64,000 bases of DNA from Polyangiales bacterium (GTDB lineage Bacteria > Myxococcota_A > Polyangia > Polyangiales > Ga0077539), in assembly GCA_044229975.1 (NCBI GenBank), contig JBGARZ010000002.1, positions 96,001 through 160,000 of the forward strand. The letters are read 5' to 3'. The notes beneath the pieces were generated by a model, which ran no database searches, had not been told where the DNA came from, and worked only from the letters and a program-made list of their open reading frames with translations. The translations under genes were made by a program, and so were the position numbers. Below are positions 18,028-32,033 of the stretch, one piece after another. Position 1 is the first letter of the stretch. Every line of letters starts with the position of its first letter.

Positions 18028-19596
18028 ATGAACAAGCGCGTGTGTTTCGGGGCGGCGGTGATGGTCTGCGCGGTGGGCGGTTGCGGGATGTTCGGTCAGG
18101 GCGGGGCCACGACGCCCGCGCCGAGCCCATCCCCCACGAGCGGCAGCGCGGCGGCGAGCGCCAGCCCGAGCGCCGATGCGGAGCTCCGGGCGATGGTGAC
18201 CGAAGCGCTCACGCCGCAGCTCTGCCCGAAGCTGCTGGGCTCGTACCTGGGCCTGCCCGGCGAGAGCGACGCGCGCGGCCCCGCCTCCGGGACGGTCGCC
18301 TCGGTGGGTCGTTGGTGGATCCGCCGTTGCGAGGCGCGCACCGTCGGCGACCGCCTGGAGCTGTCCATCGGCGGCTCGGGCTGGACCTGGATCGACCGTG
18401 AGACCAGCGGCTTCCGCGTTCGGCAGTACCTGCTCTTCGACGCGAGCGCCTCGCTCGGCGCGGACGTGACCGTCGGCTACGACCGCGCGCGTCGGGTGGC
18501 CTCGCTGTGGATGACGCCCGCCGCGGGGGTGCAGGCGACCATCACCCCGCGCGGCCTGGTCAACGTCGAGGCGCAGGGCTTCTTCGCGTCGGTGCTCGGC
18601 GGCGTGGCGTCGGTGACGGGCAACTCGGTGAGCGACCGGGCGCGCACGCAGGCGGCCGAGCTCGGCTCGACGCAGCTCCGCGAGAGACTGGGCGCGGGCT
18701 TCACCATGACCGTCGCGCTGGAGCGTCGGCAGGCGGATTTCATGGTGGGGGCGCTGCAACGGGGAGAGGTTCCGGAGCGGCCGTATCCCGCGGCGGAGGG
18801 CGGCGCGTGGCTGGTCAACCAGCGCTCGTCGGTGTGGCCGGGCGGCCTCGACGTGGTGGGTCCGGTGGACACCTCGCAGGCCGCGCTGGGGATGGATGTG
18901 ACGCTGGAAGAGGGCGACGGGGTGGTGATTCGCGCGGTGTGCGCGGAGCCCCTCACGCGCTACTTCGACGCGCGCTTCCGCGACCCGTCGTCGACGCCCG
19001 CGGCCCCGGCGGGGGAGACGCTGATGGAGCTCACGCAGGGGGCGCGCGAGCGGCACCTCACGCTGCCCGCGCAGGTGGCGGGGACGACGTGCCCGATGGT
19101 GCTGACGTTCTCCACGCGCGGGGCGAGCGCGCTGCCGGCGCGCATGCGCTACCGCATCGCGCCGGAGGTGGCGGGCGCGGTGGCGACGCCGAGCGCGCCG
19201 CGTCGGGTGCGCGTGCAGGTGGTGGGCGTCTCGGTGACCCCCAACAACGCCAACGGCCGCGCGTGGGACCTCGTGGGCGGCGAGGCGGATGTGCGGGTGA
19301 TCACGGCGTCGGTTCCGTTGCGTCGCGAGGTCGACCGCACGCCGGTGGTGGCCGACCACAACGACGCGAGCTTCGGGCGGTGGCTGCCGTCGGCCTTCGA
19401 GGTGGGGCGCGACCTGCCGCTGCGGTTCACCGTGGTCGACGACGACACGACGACCGAGGAGTTCATCGGGAGCGCCGATCTGGACGCCGACGCGCTCGCG
19501 CGAGCGACGCCGGAGCTGTCGCTGCCAGTGCGAACATCGGGCGCGATCCCGACGCAGACGGGGACGCTGCGGCTGCGCATCGAGGCGGTGCCCTGA
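18028..19596 (+). CDS. Lipoprotein with C-terminal C2-like domain
   Basis: MNKRVCFGAAVMVCAVGG-C lipobox; C-terminal RVRVQVV..AWDLVGGEADVRV..RTPVVAD..LRFTVVDDD....EFIG..GTLRLRIE. Confidence 0.7.
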   Translation: MNKRVCFGAAVMVCAVGGCGMFGQGGATTPAPSPSPTSGSAAASASPSADAELRAMVTEALTPQLCPKLLGSYLGLPGESDARGPASGTVASVGRWWIRRCEARTVGDRLELSIGGSGWTWIDRETSGFRVRQYLLFDASASLGADVTVGYDRARRVASLWMTPAAGVQATITPRGLVNVEAQGFFASVLGGVASVTGNSVSDRARTQAAELGSTQLRERLGAGFTMTVALERRQADFMVGALQRGEVPERPYPAAEGGAWLVNQRSSVWPGGLDVVGPVDTSQAALGMDVTLEEGDGVVIRAVCAEPLTRYFDARFRDPSSTPAAPAGETLMELTQGARERHLTLPAQVAGTTCPMVLTFSTRGASALPARMRYRIAPEVAGAVATPSAPRRVRVQVVGVSVTPNNANGRAWDLVGGEADVRVITASVPLRREVDRTPVVADHNDASFGRWLPSAFEVGRDLPLRFTVVDDDTTTEEFIGSADLDADALARATPELSLPVRTSGAIPTQTGTLRLRIEAVP

Positions 19597-19643
19597 GCGG
19601 GTGGAGGGCGACGTGACGCGTTGCGATGGGGTACGCTCGAACG

Positions 19644-19880
19644 ATGTCAGCTCGCTTCCATTCCCTCGCACAGGCAGCGTTGGAGCTCGATCCCGCCGAG
19701 CGGTTGCAACTCGCGTCGGAGCTGATCGACAGTGTCGAGGGCCCGACCGACCCCGCGTGGTCATCGGCCTGGGCCGCTGAGCTGGAGCGCCGGGTGAGCG
19801 AGGCGGATCAGTCGGGAGAGCGCGGTCGTTCGTGGGACGACGTGCGGGCCGATCTGCTCCGACGCCTGGCCGGAACGTGA
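19644..19880 (+). CDS. Addiction module antitoxin (TIGR02574-like)
   Basis: ALELDPAERLQLASELIDSV..AWAAELERR..SWDDVR; overlaps toxin start. Confidence 0.88.
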   Translation: MSARFHSLAQAALELDPAERLQLASELIDSVEGPTDPAWSSAWAAELERRVSEADQSGERGRSWDDVRADLLRRLAGT

Positions 19881-20182
19881 CGACGCCGATCCTGCTCCCT
19901 GCGGCAGAGCGGGAGCTGTGGGAGGCGATGGACTGGTACGAGGCGCGTCGCCCCGGGCTCGGGTTGGAGTTTCTGGCGACCGTGGACGCGGCGTTGCGGA
20001 GCATCGGAGAGGCGCCGGAGCAGGTCGCCGCCTGGAGCGAGAACGCACGCTTTCGTCGCCTGGTGCTGCGACGCTTTCCGTACGTCGTCTTCTTCCACAT
20101 GAGGGCGCAGGGACCGGAGATCGTCGCGATCGCGCATTGCAGCCGCGCGCCGGGCTACTGGGCAGCGCGGATGTCGGAGTGA
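19877..20182 (+). CDS. RelE/ParE family type II toxin
   Basis: AERELWEAMDWYE..PGLG.EF, RRLVLRRFPYVVFF, IVAIAHCSRAPGYW; GTGA overlap with antitoxin. Confidence 0.9.
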   Translation: MTTPILLPAAERELWEAMDWYEARRPGLGLEFLATVDAALRSIGEAPEQVAAWSENARFRRLVLRRFPYVVFFHMRAQGPEIVAIAHCSRAPGYWAARMSE

Positions 20183-20204
20183 ACGGTGACGTGATCGCGC
20201 TGCC

Positions 20205-20507
20205 GTGGCGCATCGAAGCGGCGCCCTGACGGGGATCGACGAACTGACCGCGGCCGAGAAGGCGGCGAAGGCCGTCACCACGGCGCTCGCGGCGGTCGCT
20301 CCGGCGCTCAAGGCCACCGACGGGGCGCGGTCGCGGCGTGACGCACTGGTGCAGCCGTGGGAGACGGCCTTCGCGGCGCTCAAGCGCGGCGCGCGGGCGG
20401 CGGAAGACGACGGGGCGAAGGGGCTCTTCGCGGCGCTGTTCGAGAGCACCGCGACGGTCAGGAAGCCCACGAAGAAGAAGCCGGTCGCGCCGCCTCCGGT
20501 GGCCTGA
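20205..20507 (+). pseudogene. Probable C-terminal remnant of a hypothetical protein
   Basis: Protein-like helical sequence (WETAFAALKRGARAAEDDGAKGLFAALF) without a good start, directly after the toxin. Confidence 0.4.
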
Positions 20508-20576
20508 GCAGTCCGTCGTGCCGTGCGCTGGAGAGTCGCGCGCTGACCAGCGATCGCCGTAGTCTCGGACCAGCAC

Positions 20577-20916
20577 ATGGCGACGCGAAAGACTCCTGCG
20601 AGTGTGATGCCCGGCGTTCGCCCGGCTGCCGACGTGCCCGTGACGCGCGCGATGCTGCATTGGGGTGCGTGACGAGCTTCGTGCGCTCAACGATGCGACC
20701 AACGCTCGCCGCGACGAGATATTTTTCGCCGGGATGCGCGCATCAGTGGACCGCATAGAGACGCTGTTCAAGAGGCAGGAGGCGCGCAACCTCGTGATCA
20801 TTGAAATCCTGCAAGGTCACAACGCCCGCTTCGAACGCATCGAAGCCGGTGTCGAGGAGATGCGTGGGATGTTCCGCGACATCGTCGACCTGCTCCGTCA
20901 ACGACCAGCCACCTGA
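20577..20916 (+). pseudogene. Frameshifted small coiled-coil hypothetical protein
   Basis: ATG 20577 MATRKTPAS..DVPVTRAMLH stops near 20670; the adjacent frame continues GVRDELRAL..FERIEAGVEEMR; one extra base near 20660. Confidence 0.5.
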
Positions 20917-20918
20917 GC

Positions 20919-21287
20919 TCACCTCTCCCGCTCACCTTCCACCAACCGCCGCAGCGCCTCGCCCACCGCTGCGAGGAAATCCCCCATGCACCGCAGCGGT
21001 AGCGGCCCGCCGAGATACCGCCGCGCGGCCTCGACCGCGGGCGCATCGAGAACCCCCGCGAGCCGCGTCTGCGCGGCCCCGTCGAGGCACTCCAGCAGCA
21101 CGTCGGCGAGGGTGTCGGAGTCGATGGCGTTGTCGCCGATGGCACCGCGCATCAGCTCGGAGCTGCGCTCGACGATGCACACCCCACGATCGAGCAGCGC
21201 GTCGAGTCGACCGCCCTTCATCGCCGCGAGAAGCACGCCCGTGCCGGCCGGTCCGCCGCCCGCGATCACCACGCCGTAGCGGTTCAC
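20919..21287 (-). pseudogene. N-terminal fragment of an FAD/NAD(P)-binding oxidoreductase
   Basis: VVIAGGGPAG..IVERS Rossmann motif; stops after about 120 aa. Confidence 0.65.
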
Positions 21288-21320
21288 GCGCCCACCTCGC
21301 ACCCTTCGCGAACGACGGCC

Positions 21321-21626
21321 TCACCATGCGCCGCGCGGTCGAGAAACACCTCCAGCCCCGGGTGATCGCGCAGCGCCGACACCGGCAGCGAGCGCGACGC
21401 CGGGCCGCGCAGGAGTGACGTGGTCGGCTGCGACGGAGACGAACACCCGATCGGCGGGGCACCACGGCGGGACGCGCGCGACGGCGGCGCGGAGCATCGG
21501 GGTGTGGTCGATCCAGTCGAGGAGGGGCTTCGGTCGGTCGGGGCGGCTCAACGGCCAGAGGCGTCGGCCCGCCCCACCCGCGAGGATCAGCACCGCGACA
21601 TCGGAAGGCGTCAACGCAACGGCCAT
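21321..21626 (-). pseudogene. Truncated mannose-1-phosphate guanylyltransferase-like NTP transferase
   Basis: VLILAGGAGRRLWPLSRPDRPKPLL motif; homology lost after about 70 aa. Confidence 0.75.
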
Positions 21627-21823
21627 GGAGGTCCTCCTGCGACGAGAGGACACCGACGGTTGCACGGCGAGGCGGGTCGCGTGGGGCGCCGGGCCGATGA
21701 AGGGACAAGAGGGTGCACCGCCCGACGGCGCGGGACAGGTCGCGGACAACTCGTGCAGGTCGGCGACCGGTCCGTTGCGCGTTTCTTGGCCGCTCCGCGC
21801 GGTCGCGCTACCGGCGAGTCTCC

Positions 21824-22834
21824 ATGGACCGTGCGGGCGCCATCGTCGGACGACGTTACCAGCTTGAGTATTCCGTCGGCGCCGGCGCCATGGCCCGCGT
21901 GTGGTGCGCGACGGACCTCCGCACCAACGAGCGCGTCGCCATCAAGCGCGTGCTGGAGACCGTGCGCGACCGCGCCGACGCGACGTGGCGCTTCCTCGAC
22001 GAGATCCGCGTGACGCGTACCGTGGAGCACCCGAGCGTCGCCGCCGGGCTCGACCACGGGCTCGATGAGGAGGGGCCGTTCCTGGTGTTGGAGTGGGTCG
22101 ATGGGCTCGACGCGCACGCCATCGTGTCGCGCTGTGAGCGGCTCGATCCGGGCGCTGCGGCCGTGGTGGCGCTCGACCTCGCGGACGCGCTGACGGCTGT
22201 GCACTCGCACCGCACCGGCGTGCTCCATCGGGACATCACGCCGGGCAACGTGCTGCTCTCCCGCGAGGGCCGCGCCCTGCTCGCCGACTTCGGCCTCGCG
22301 CGGTGGCTCGCGAGCCCGCGCTCGCAGCCCTCCAACATCGTGGTGGGCAAGCTGGCCTACCTCCCGCCGGAGGTTCTCCGCGGCAAGATGCACGGCGTCC
22401 GCGCCGACCTCTACGGCTTCGGCGCGACCCTCTGGGAACTCCTCTCCGGCCGTCGCCTCTGGGCCCACGTCACCGACCCCGCCGACCGCGCCCGCGCCTG
22501 GATGCGCTCCCCTCGCCTCCCGCTCGCGGACGTCGCTCCCGACGCCCCGGCCCACCTCGCCGCGGTCATCGATCGCTGCCTCGCCATGGACCCGGCCGTC
22601 CGTCCCGCCAACGCCCGCGAGCTCCGCGTCGAGCTCGAGCGCGCTCTCTCGCGCGACCACATCGCTCCCTGCCGCGACGAGCTCGCCTGCTCGGTGTGGG
22701 CCGCGCTCTGCGATCGTCCCGTGGTGGTCGCCACGAAGAGGGTGCGACGCAGCCGCGCCGAGTACGTGACCGTGAGCGCGCTGCCGGTGGTGCCGCAGGC
22801 GATCCGACCGCGGGCCATTGCCGCCGTCGGCTGA
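21824..22834 (+). CDS. Hanks-type Ser/Thr protein kinase (soluble)
   Basis: VGAGAMARV, VAIK, HRDITPGN, ADFG, GKLAYLPPE, DLYGFG. Confidence 0.93.
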   Translation: MDRAGAIVGRRYQLEYSVGAGAMARVWCATDLRTNERVAIKRVLETVRDRADATWRFLDEIRVTRTVEHPSVAAGLDHGLDEEGPFLVLEWVDGLDAHAIVSRCERLDPGAAAVVALDLADALTAVHSHRTGVLHRDITPGNVLLSREGRALLADFGLARWLASPRSQPSNIVVGKLAYLPPEVLRGKMHGVRADLYGFGATLWELLSGRRLWAHVTDPADRARAWMRSPRLPLADVAPDAPAHLAAVIDRCLAMDPAVRPANARELRVELERALSRDHIAPCRDELACSVWAALCDRPVVVATKRVRRSRAEYVTVSALPVVPQAIRPRAIAAVG

Positions 22835-22837
22835 CGC

Positions 22838-23203
22838 TCAGTGGCGGTAGATGGCGTCGGGTCGGCGCGCTTCGTAGTGCCGCGTGGCCGCGTCGCCGAC
22901 GGCCTTCACTGAAGCAGCGAAGAGCGCAGGCCGCGCCGCCCAGCCCACCAGCGGAACCAACCCCACCACCTCACCGATGGCCTTCATCCCGAGGTTCTTC
23001 ACCGTCGAGAGCCCGATGAGCTTCACGGCTTCCATGTCGTCGATGCGCTCGCCGTAGGCAGCGGCGATGTCCACCACCAGCTTCACCTCCGCGGCGGTCA
23101 CGGCCATGGAGGTTCCCGGCACCGGGATCAACCCGCCGACCCCTGCCCCCGCTGCGTACTTCATCACGAGCTGCTGACAGTGTTCACGCGCGAGCAGGGT
23201 CAT
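22838..23203 (-). CDS. DUF697-like small protein
   Basis: AAGAGVGGLIPVPG..IAAAYG..VPLVGW. Confidence 0.7.
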   Translation of the reverse strand: MTLLAREHCQQLVMKYAAGAGVGGLIPVPGTSMAVTAAEVKLVVDIAAAYGERIDDMEAVKLIGLSTVKNLGMKAIGEVVGLVPLVGWAARPALFAASVKAVGDAATRHYEARRPDAIYRH

Positions 23204-23234
23204 GGGGCGCCTCCGTGGATGTTGGGTGTCTCGG

Positions 23235-23306
23235 TACGCGGGGCAGGGATCGAACCTGCGACATCCTCCGTGTAAAGGAGGCGCTCTGCCACTGAGCTAA
23301 CCGCGC
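23235..23306 (-). tRNA. tRNA-Val (UAC)
   Basis: GCGCGGTTAGCTCAGTGGCAGAGCGCCTCCT-TTACACG-GAGGATGTCGCAGGTTCGATCCCTGCCCCGCGTA; anticodon TAC; followed by CCG rather than CCA. Confidence 0.95.
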
Positions 23307-23345
23307 GTCGCGGGGCCCACGGTTGTACCCGCGTGCCCCTTCAGG

Positions 23346-25832
<2,487 letters not shown>

Positions 25833-25874
25833 GGAGGCTCCTGGCGGAGGGGTACAGGGGTCGGTCGGAGGGCC

Positions 25875-27131
<1,257 letters not shown>

Positions 27132-27191
27132 CAGTGCACCGCTTCCTCCACGGCTACGCGCGTGGCTGGGTTTCCGCTGAAAACCGAATCG

Positions 27192-27221
27192 AGTCTAGAC
27201 GCCGCCCCCCGAAGGGGGCAA
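27192..27221 (-). promoter_or_regulatory. GC hairpin with UUCG loop between clpP and clpX, overlapping a possible sigma70 promoter
   Basis: Minus strand GCCCCC-TTCG-GGGGGC; also TTGCCC-N18-TAGACT. Confidence 0.4.
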
Positions 27222-27239
27222 GCCAACCGCAGCGATCGC

Positions 27240-27860
<621 letters not shown>

Positions 27861-27862
27861 GC

Positions 27863-29164
27863 TCACGCCTCCTTCGCCGGGGCCGCGTCGCTCGCGGCGG
27901 TCGGCACCTCCGTGACGGTCGCCTTGCTCAACACCAGGTCGAGCACCTTCTTCTCGAGAACCTCGCTGATGAGGAGGTCGCGCTTCTGCTGATCGCGGTA
28001 CTCGACGCGCAGCCGCGGCAGCGCCCGACCCGTCTCCTTCGCCATCTCTTCGAGGCGCGCGTTGAGGTCGGCCTCGGCCACCTGGATGCCGTTGGTGCGC
28101 GCGACCTCGGTGAGGAGGAGACCCGCCCGAACGCGCTGCTCGGCCTCGCTACGAAGAGTGGTCTCCAGGTCGCTACCCTCGGCCGGGAGGCCGCCCATCT
28201 CGCGCATCAGCGACGGCCGGAGCTGACCCAGCACCTGCGTCACCAGCGACGGCGGAACCGGCACCGCGTTGGCAGCCACCAGCTTCTCGATGGCCTCCTC
28301 GCGGACCTCATCATCCGAGCGGTCGTTGAACTGCTTCTGGAGCGTCGCGAGGGTGCTCGCCTTGAGCGCGTCGAGGCTCTCGGCGCCGACATCCTTGGCG
28401 AACTCGTCGTCGAGCTCGGGCAGCACCTTCTCCTGGAGCGTGGTGAGCGTGAGCCGGAACTGGCCCTCCTTGCCCGCGAGCTCCTTCTGACGATGCGTCT
28501 CGGGGAAGGTCACGGGGACCTCCTTCACGTCACCCGGCGACATGCCGCGGAGGCCGTCGTCGATCTCCTTGATGAGGGTGTTCTTCCCGAGCTCGACGGT
28601 GCGGCCCTTGGCGCCGAACTCCGCCATCTCGTTGCCGTCGACCAGGATCGCCACGTCGAAGGTCGCGGTGTCGGTCTCCTGGGCGGGGCGCATCGGCTCC
28701 GGCGTGCGGAGCGTCGCGTTTTCTTCGCGCTTCTGCTGGAGGGCGACGTCAAGCTCCTTGTCGCCGACCGAGTAGACCTTGCGGGTGAGCTGGAGCGCGC
28801 CGAGGTCGATGCCGCTCATGTCGGGGCGCACCTCGATCTGCGCGGTGTACGACCAGGCGGCGGTGCTCAGCAGGTCGCTCTCGGTCTCGACGCGCGGCTG
28901 GCCGATGACCTCGAGCTTCTGCCCGGAGATGGCGCCGGGCAGCGTCTCGTCGATGAGCTTGCGGAAGACGTCGGAGGCGACCTGTCCGCCGAAGTACTGC
29001 TTCAGCACCGGGCGCGGGACCTTGCCCTTCCGGAACCCCCTGATCTGCGCCTCGCGTCCGAGCTTCTGGAACGCTCGGTCGAGCTCTGCATCGACCTTGT
29101 CCTGAGCGAGGACGACGCGGAGCGAGACTTCAACGGGCGAGAGACGCGAGACAGTGACCTGCAT
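27863..29164 (-). CDS. tig: Trigger factor
   Basis: GFRKGKVP ribosome-binding motif, FKBP-like middle, PELDDEFAK; tig-clpP-clpX-lon order. Confidence 0.96.
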   Translation of the reverse strand: MQVTVSRLSPVEVSLRVVLAQDKVDAELDRAFQKLGREAQIRGFRKGKVPRPVLKQYFGGQVASDVFRKLIDETLPGAISGQKLEVIGQPRVETESDLLSTAAWSYTAQIEVRPDMSGIDLGALQLTRKVYSVGDKELDVALQQKREENATLRTPEPMRPAQETDTATFDVAILVDGNEMAEFGAKGRTVELGKNTLIKEIDDGLRGMSPGDVKEVPVTFPETHRQKELAGKEGQFRLTLTTLQEKVLPELDDEFAKDVGAESLDALKASTLATLQKQFNDRSDDEVREEAIEKLVAANAVPVPPSLVTQVLGQLRPSLMREMGGLPAEGSDLETTLRSEAEQRVRAGLLLTEVARTNGIQVAEADLNARLEEMAKETGRALPRLRVEYRDQQKRDLLISEVLEKKVLDLVLSKATVTEVPTAASDAAPAKEA

Positions 29165-29209
29165 GGAACGCTGTGCCTCAACAGAAGGTGATGGGTGACG
29201 GGGCCGCGG

Positions 29210-29237
29210 ACTCTAACGAGGGGTGCCCCTGTGTCAA
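29210..29237 (-). promoter_or_regulatory. Putative sigma70 promoter of tig
   Basis: TTGACA-N16-TAGAGT, 45 bp upstream of the tig ATG. Confidence 0.6.
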
Positions 29238-29245
29238 GCGTGCGT

Positions 29246-30233
29246 TCAGCGGTTGGCGGTCACCCAGGCGAGCGCACGGCGCACCTCCGGGACGAACGCA
29301 GGCGGTAGCTGGTGACCCGCGGCGGGGAGGATGCGCATCTGGACCCGACCGAGATGCTCGCGGCGCATGAGCGCGTCGGCGCGTCGGGTGCGCTCGACGA
29401 TGCCGTCACCTGCCCCTGTAAGAAGGTAGACCCGGCGCAGCGCGCGACGGGCCGCGGGGTAGAGCTCGGTGTTCATCCCGACGTAGCCGTCGTGAGCGGC
29501 GAAGATCACCCAGCGGGGAAACGCGACGGGCTCCATCAGGCCGGTCTGCATCGCCACGAAGGCGCCCTCGCTGAAGCCCATGATCACGTTGTCGTTGCGT
29601 CGCACGCGCCGTGGGAAGCGCCGGAAGAGCGCCTCGACCGCGGCCATCGTGTAGGTGTGGGCCAGGGTGGCGTTGTTGTTCCAGACGCGGTGGCCGTCAC
29701 CGCGAACGCCGGGGCCCTGCGGGCAGATGAGCCAGCCGCGCGGTGTCACGACAGGCGCGAAGCGGGCGCAGTTCTCATGCGGGTCGGCTCCGCGCGCGTG
29801 CAGATAGACGAACACCCGCGCCCCTCCCGCCCACCCTCGGTCGGAAGAACCACGCGTCTGGGATGCCTGAGAGCTCTAGCTGTTCGGGCGCGTTGGGGTC
29901 ACGCCGTCGGCGCGCTCGCTGGGCTGCCACCACGCGCTCGTGCTCGGCGCGGTCATCGCCTCGTCCGAACATCCGCGCGCGCACCGGGCGCGTCACGCCC
30001 GTCACGGCGTTGGGGCGTGTGGGCAGCGCCTCGTCGGGAGGGTGCACCGCCGCGGCGGGAGGCGTCGTGGGGCCGTCGTCAGGAATCTCGGTGAGGTCGC
30101 CGATGCCGAGTGGTCCGGGGTCGGCCCCGGCATCGGGAGCGGGCTGCGCGCCGACGGGCGGAGCCCACGCCATCGCCGCGATCAGCAGGGCTGCGACGGC
30201 GGGCGTCGAGTGGAGGGTTCGTTGCGCGGCCAT
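29246..30233 (-). pseudogene. Secreted alpha/beta hydrolase (esterase) interrupted by a frameshift near 29815-29830
   Basis: Signal peptide ORF (30233) reads ..DAWFFRPRVGGRG; the other frame continues VFVYLHARG..GFSEG..GDG..GHQL. Confidence 0.65.
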
Positions 30234-30277
30234 CGGAGGGGCGACTGCGTTAGCCCTCGCAGCGGCCGAGGGTCAAG

Positions 30278-32029
30278 TCAGGGCGACGGTGGGGTCTCGG
30301 GTTCGCGCTGGATCGAGGGTGCCGCGCGGCTCCGCAGCGAACGCACGTAGTCGACCACCATCGTGAGCTCGCGCTCGTTGAGGCGATCGTGGAAGCGAGG
30401 CATGTGGTTGCGCGTGCCGTAGTTCTCGGGGGCGCCGGGGTTGAGCATCTGCGCGCGGATGTACGCGCGCGATCCCCACGCATCGAGGTTGGGCGCGTCG
30501 CGGTCGGCCACCTCGGAGCCGGAGGTGTCGCCCTCTCCCTGGTGGCAGGTCGTGCAGCGTCGCCGATAGAGCGTCTCGCCCGCGGCGACGAGCGCCGGGT
30601 CGTAGGGCGCGTCACCGGGTTCGTACCCGCGCGAGTACAGCCACTCGGACACGGAGCGGAGACCCTCCTCGCGCAGGCGTCGCTCCTGGCCGGGCATGTC
30701 GTGGATCTCGGTGGTTCCCATGAGCTCGGGGTGGTCGGGCCACACCATGAAGGCGGTGGCCCAGGCGCGCGATCCGAAGCCATCGAGGCGCGGGCCCTTG
30801 CGCTGCTCACTCACCCCGCGCACCGCGTGGCAGGTGCCGCACTGCTCGGCGAAGAGCTCGCGCGGGCGCACGGCGGGGTCGTTGCGAAGCATCTCCAGCG
30901 GGCCCTCTGATGGAATGCCCGCGCGGGCCAGCGACCTCGCACGCCGTGCCGTGGCGGCGGCCTCACGCTGCGAACGCACGAACGCGGGTGCGTGGATGTC
31001 GCGACGTAGCTGGAGGCCCAGGACGACGGCGCCCACACCGGCCAGGAGAAGCGGCGCTAGTGCGAGGGCGCGACGCGCCCGGCTGGGGCCGCGGTCGATC
31101 CAGGGGAGGAGCGCGAGGAAGGTCACCAGCGCGCCTGGGATGACCATGGTGCCGATGATCTGGCGCGATCCCGGGAAGGATTTGAGGAGCTGCGAGAGTG
31201 GCATGAAGAACCACTCGGGCACCGCCGGGTAGTGGCTCGAACCGTCGGCCGGCGCGTCGAGCGGCGCGCCCCAGCGCAGCGCCATCCAGGCCACGACCCC
31301 GACGACGACGAGCGAGGCGACGCCATCGCGCGCCGCCTGCGTGGGCCACCAGCGGGCCTCCGGGTCGCCGCGCGTCGCGTCGCCGACCAGACCGTGTCGC
31401 TTCACCATCGCGACGTGCGCCCACACGCCGAGCAGCAGCGCCAACGGAACCAGCCACACGTGCAGCGTGTAGAAGCGCGTGAGCGTGAGCTGCCCGTAGT
31501 GCGCGCCGCCCACCAGCACGCGCTGGAGCATCGGCCCGACGAGGGGCGTGCTGCCGATGATGCTCGTCTCGATGCGCGACTCCCAGTAGCCGCGCTGGTC
31601 CCACGGGAGGGGGAAGCCGGTCATGCAGGCGAAGAGCACGAGGCCCGCGAGCGCGAGGCCGAGGAGGTGGTTGAGCTCCCGCGGACGACGCGTGGCGCGC
31701 TCGATCACCACCTGCGCGAGATGGAGGAGCAACACCACGACGATGGCGTTGGCCCCGAAGTGGTGCAGCCCCCGCACGAGTCGCCCCCACGGGAGCACCG
31801 TCTCCAGGTACCAGGTGCTCGACCACGCGGTGCTCGTCCCCGGCGAGTACACGGTCATCATTGCGACGCCAGTGACCGCTTCGAGCAGCAGCAGCGCCGC
31901 GAGCACGGCGCCAAACACGCGGCGCCAGCGAGGACCGCCCGGCATCGCGACGTCCACCGCGCGACCGATCGCGCTCGGCAGCCCGGTGCGCTCTTCGAGA
32001 AACTCCCTCCACTGTGACGCCTTGCTCAT
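30278..32029 (-). CDS. Cytochrome b (b6 + subunit IV) fused to a diheme cytochrome c
   Basis: RGLHHFGAN, LLHLAQ, TGFPLPWDQ, RFYTLH..WAH, PEWF; then CGTCH and CTTCH. Confidence 0.92.
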   Translation of the reverse strand: MSKASQWREFLEERTGLPSAIGRAVDVAMPGGPRWRRVFGAVLAALLLLEAVTGVAMMTVYSPGTSTAWSSTWYLETVLPWGRLVRGLHHFGANAIVVVLLLHLAQVVIERATRRPRELNHLLGLALAGLVLFACMTGFPLPWDQRGYWESRIETSIIGSTPLVGPMLQRVLVGGAHYGQLTLTRFYTLHVWLVPLALLLGVWAHVAMVKRHGLVGDATRGDPEARWWPTQAARDGVASLVVVGVVAWMALRWGAPLDAPADGSSHYPAVPEWFFMPLSQLLKSFPGSRQIIGTMVIPGALVTFLALLPWIDRGPSRARRALALAPLLLAGVGAVVLGLQLRRDIHAPAFVRSQREAAATARRARSLARAGIPSEGPLEMLRNDPAVRPRELFAEQCGTCHAVRGVSEQRKGPRLDGFGSRAWATAFMVWPDHPELMGTTEIHDMPGQERRLREEGLRSVSEWLYSRGYEPGDAPYDPALVAAGETLYRRRCTTCHQGEGDTSGSEVADRDAPNLDAWGSRAYIRAQMLNPGAPENYGTRNHMPRFHDRLNERELTMVVDYVRSLRSRAAPSIQREPETPPSP

Positions 32030-32033
32030 GGTG

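Noticed and set aside
19626..23235. Prophage or integrative element at tRNA-Val
   Set aside because: No integrase, phage genes or visible att repeat.
27204..27219. Hairpin as intrinsic terminator after clpP
   Set aside because: No U-tract follows; kept only as a possible structural or promoter element.
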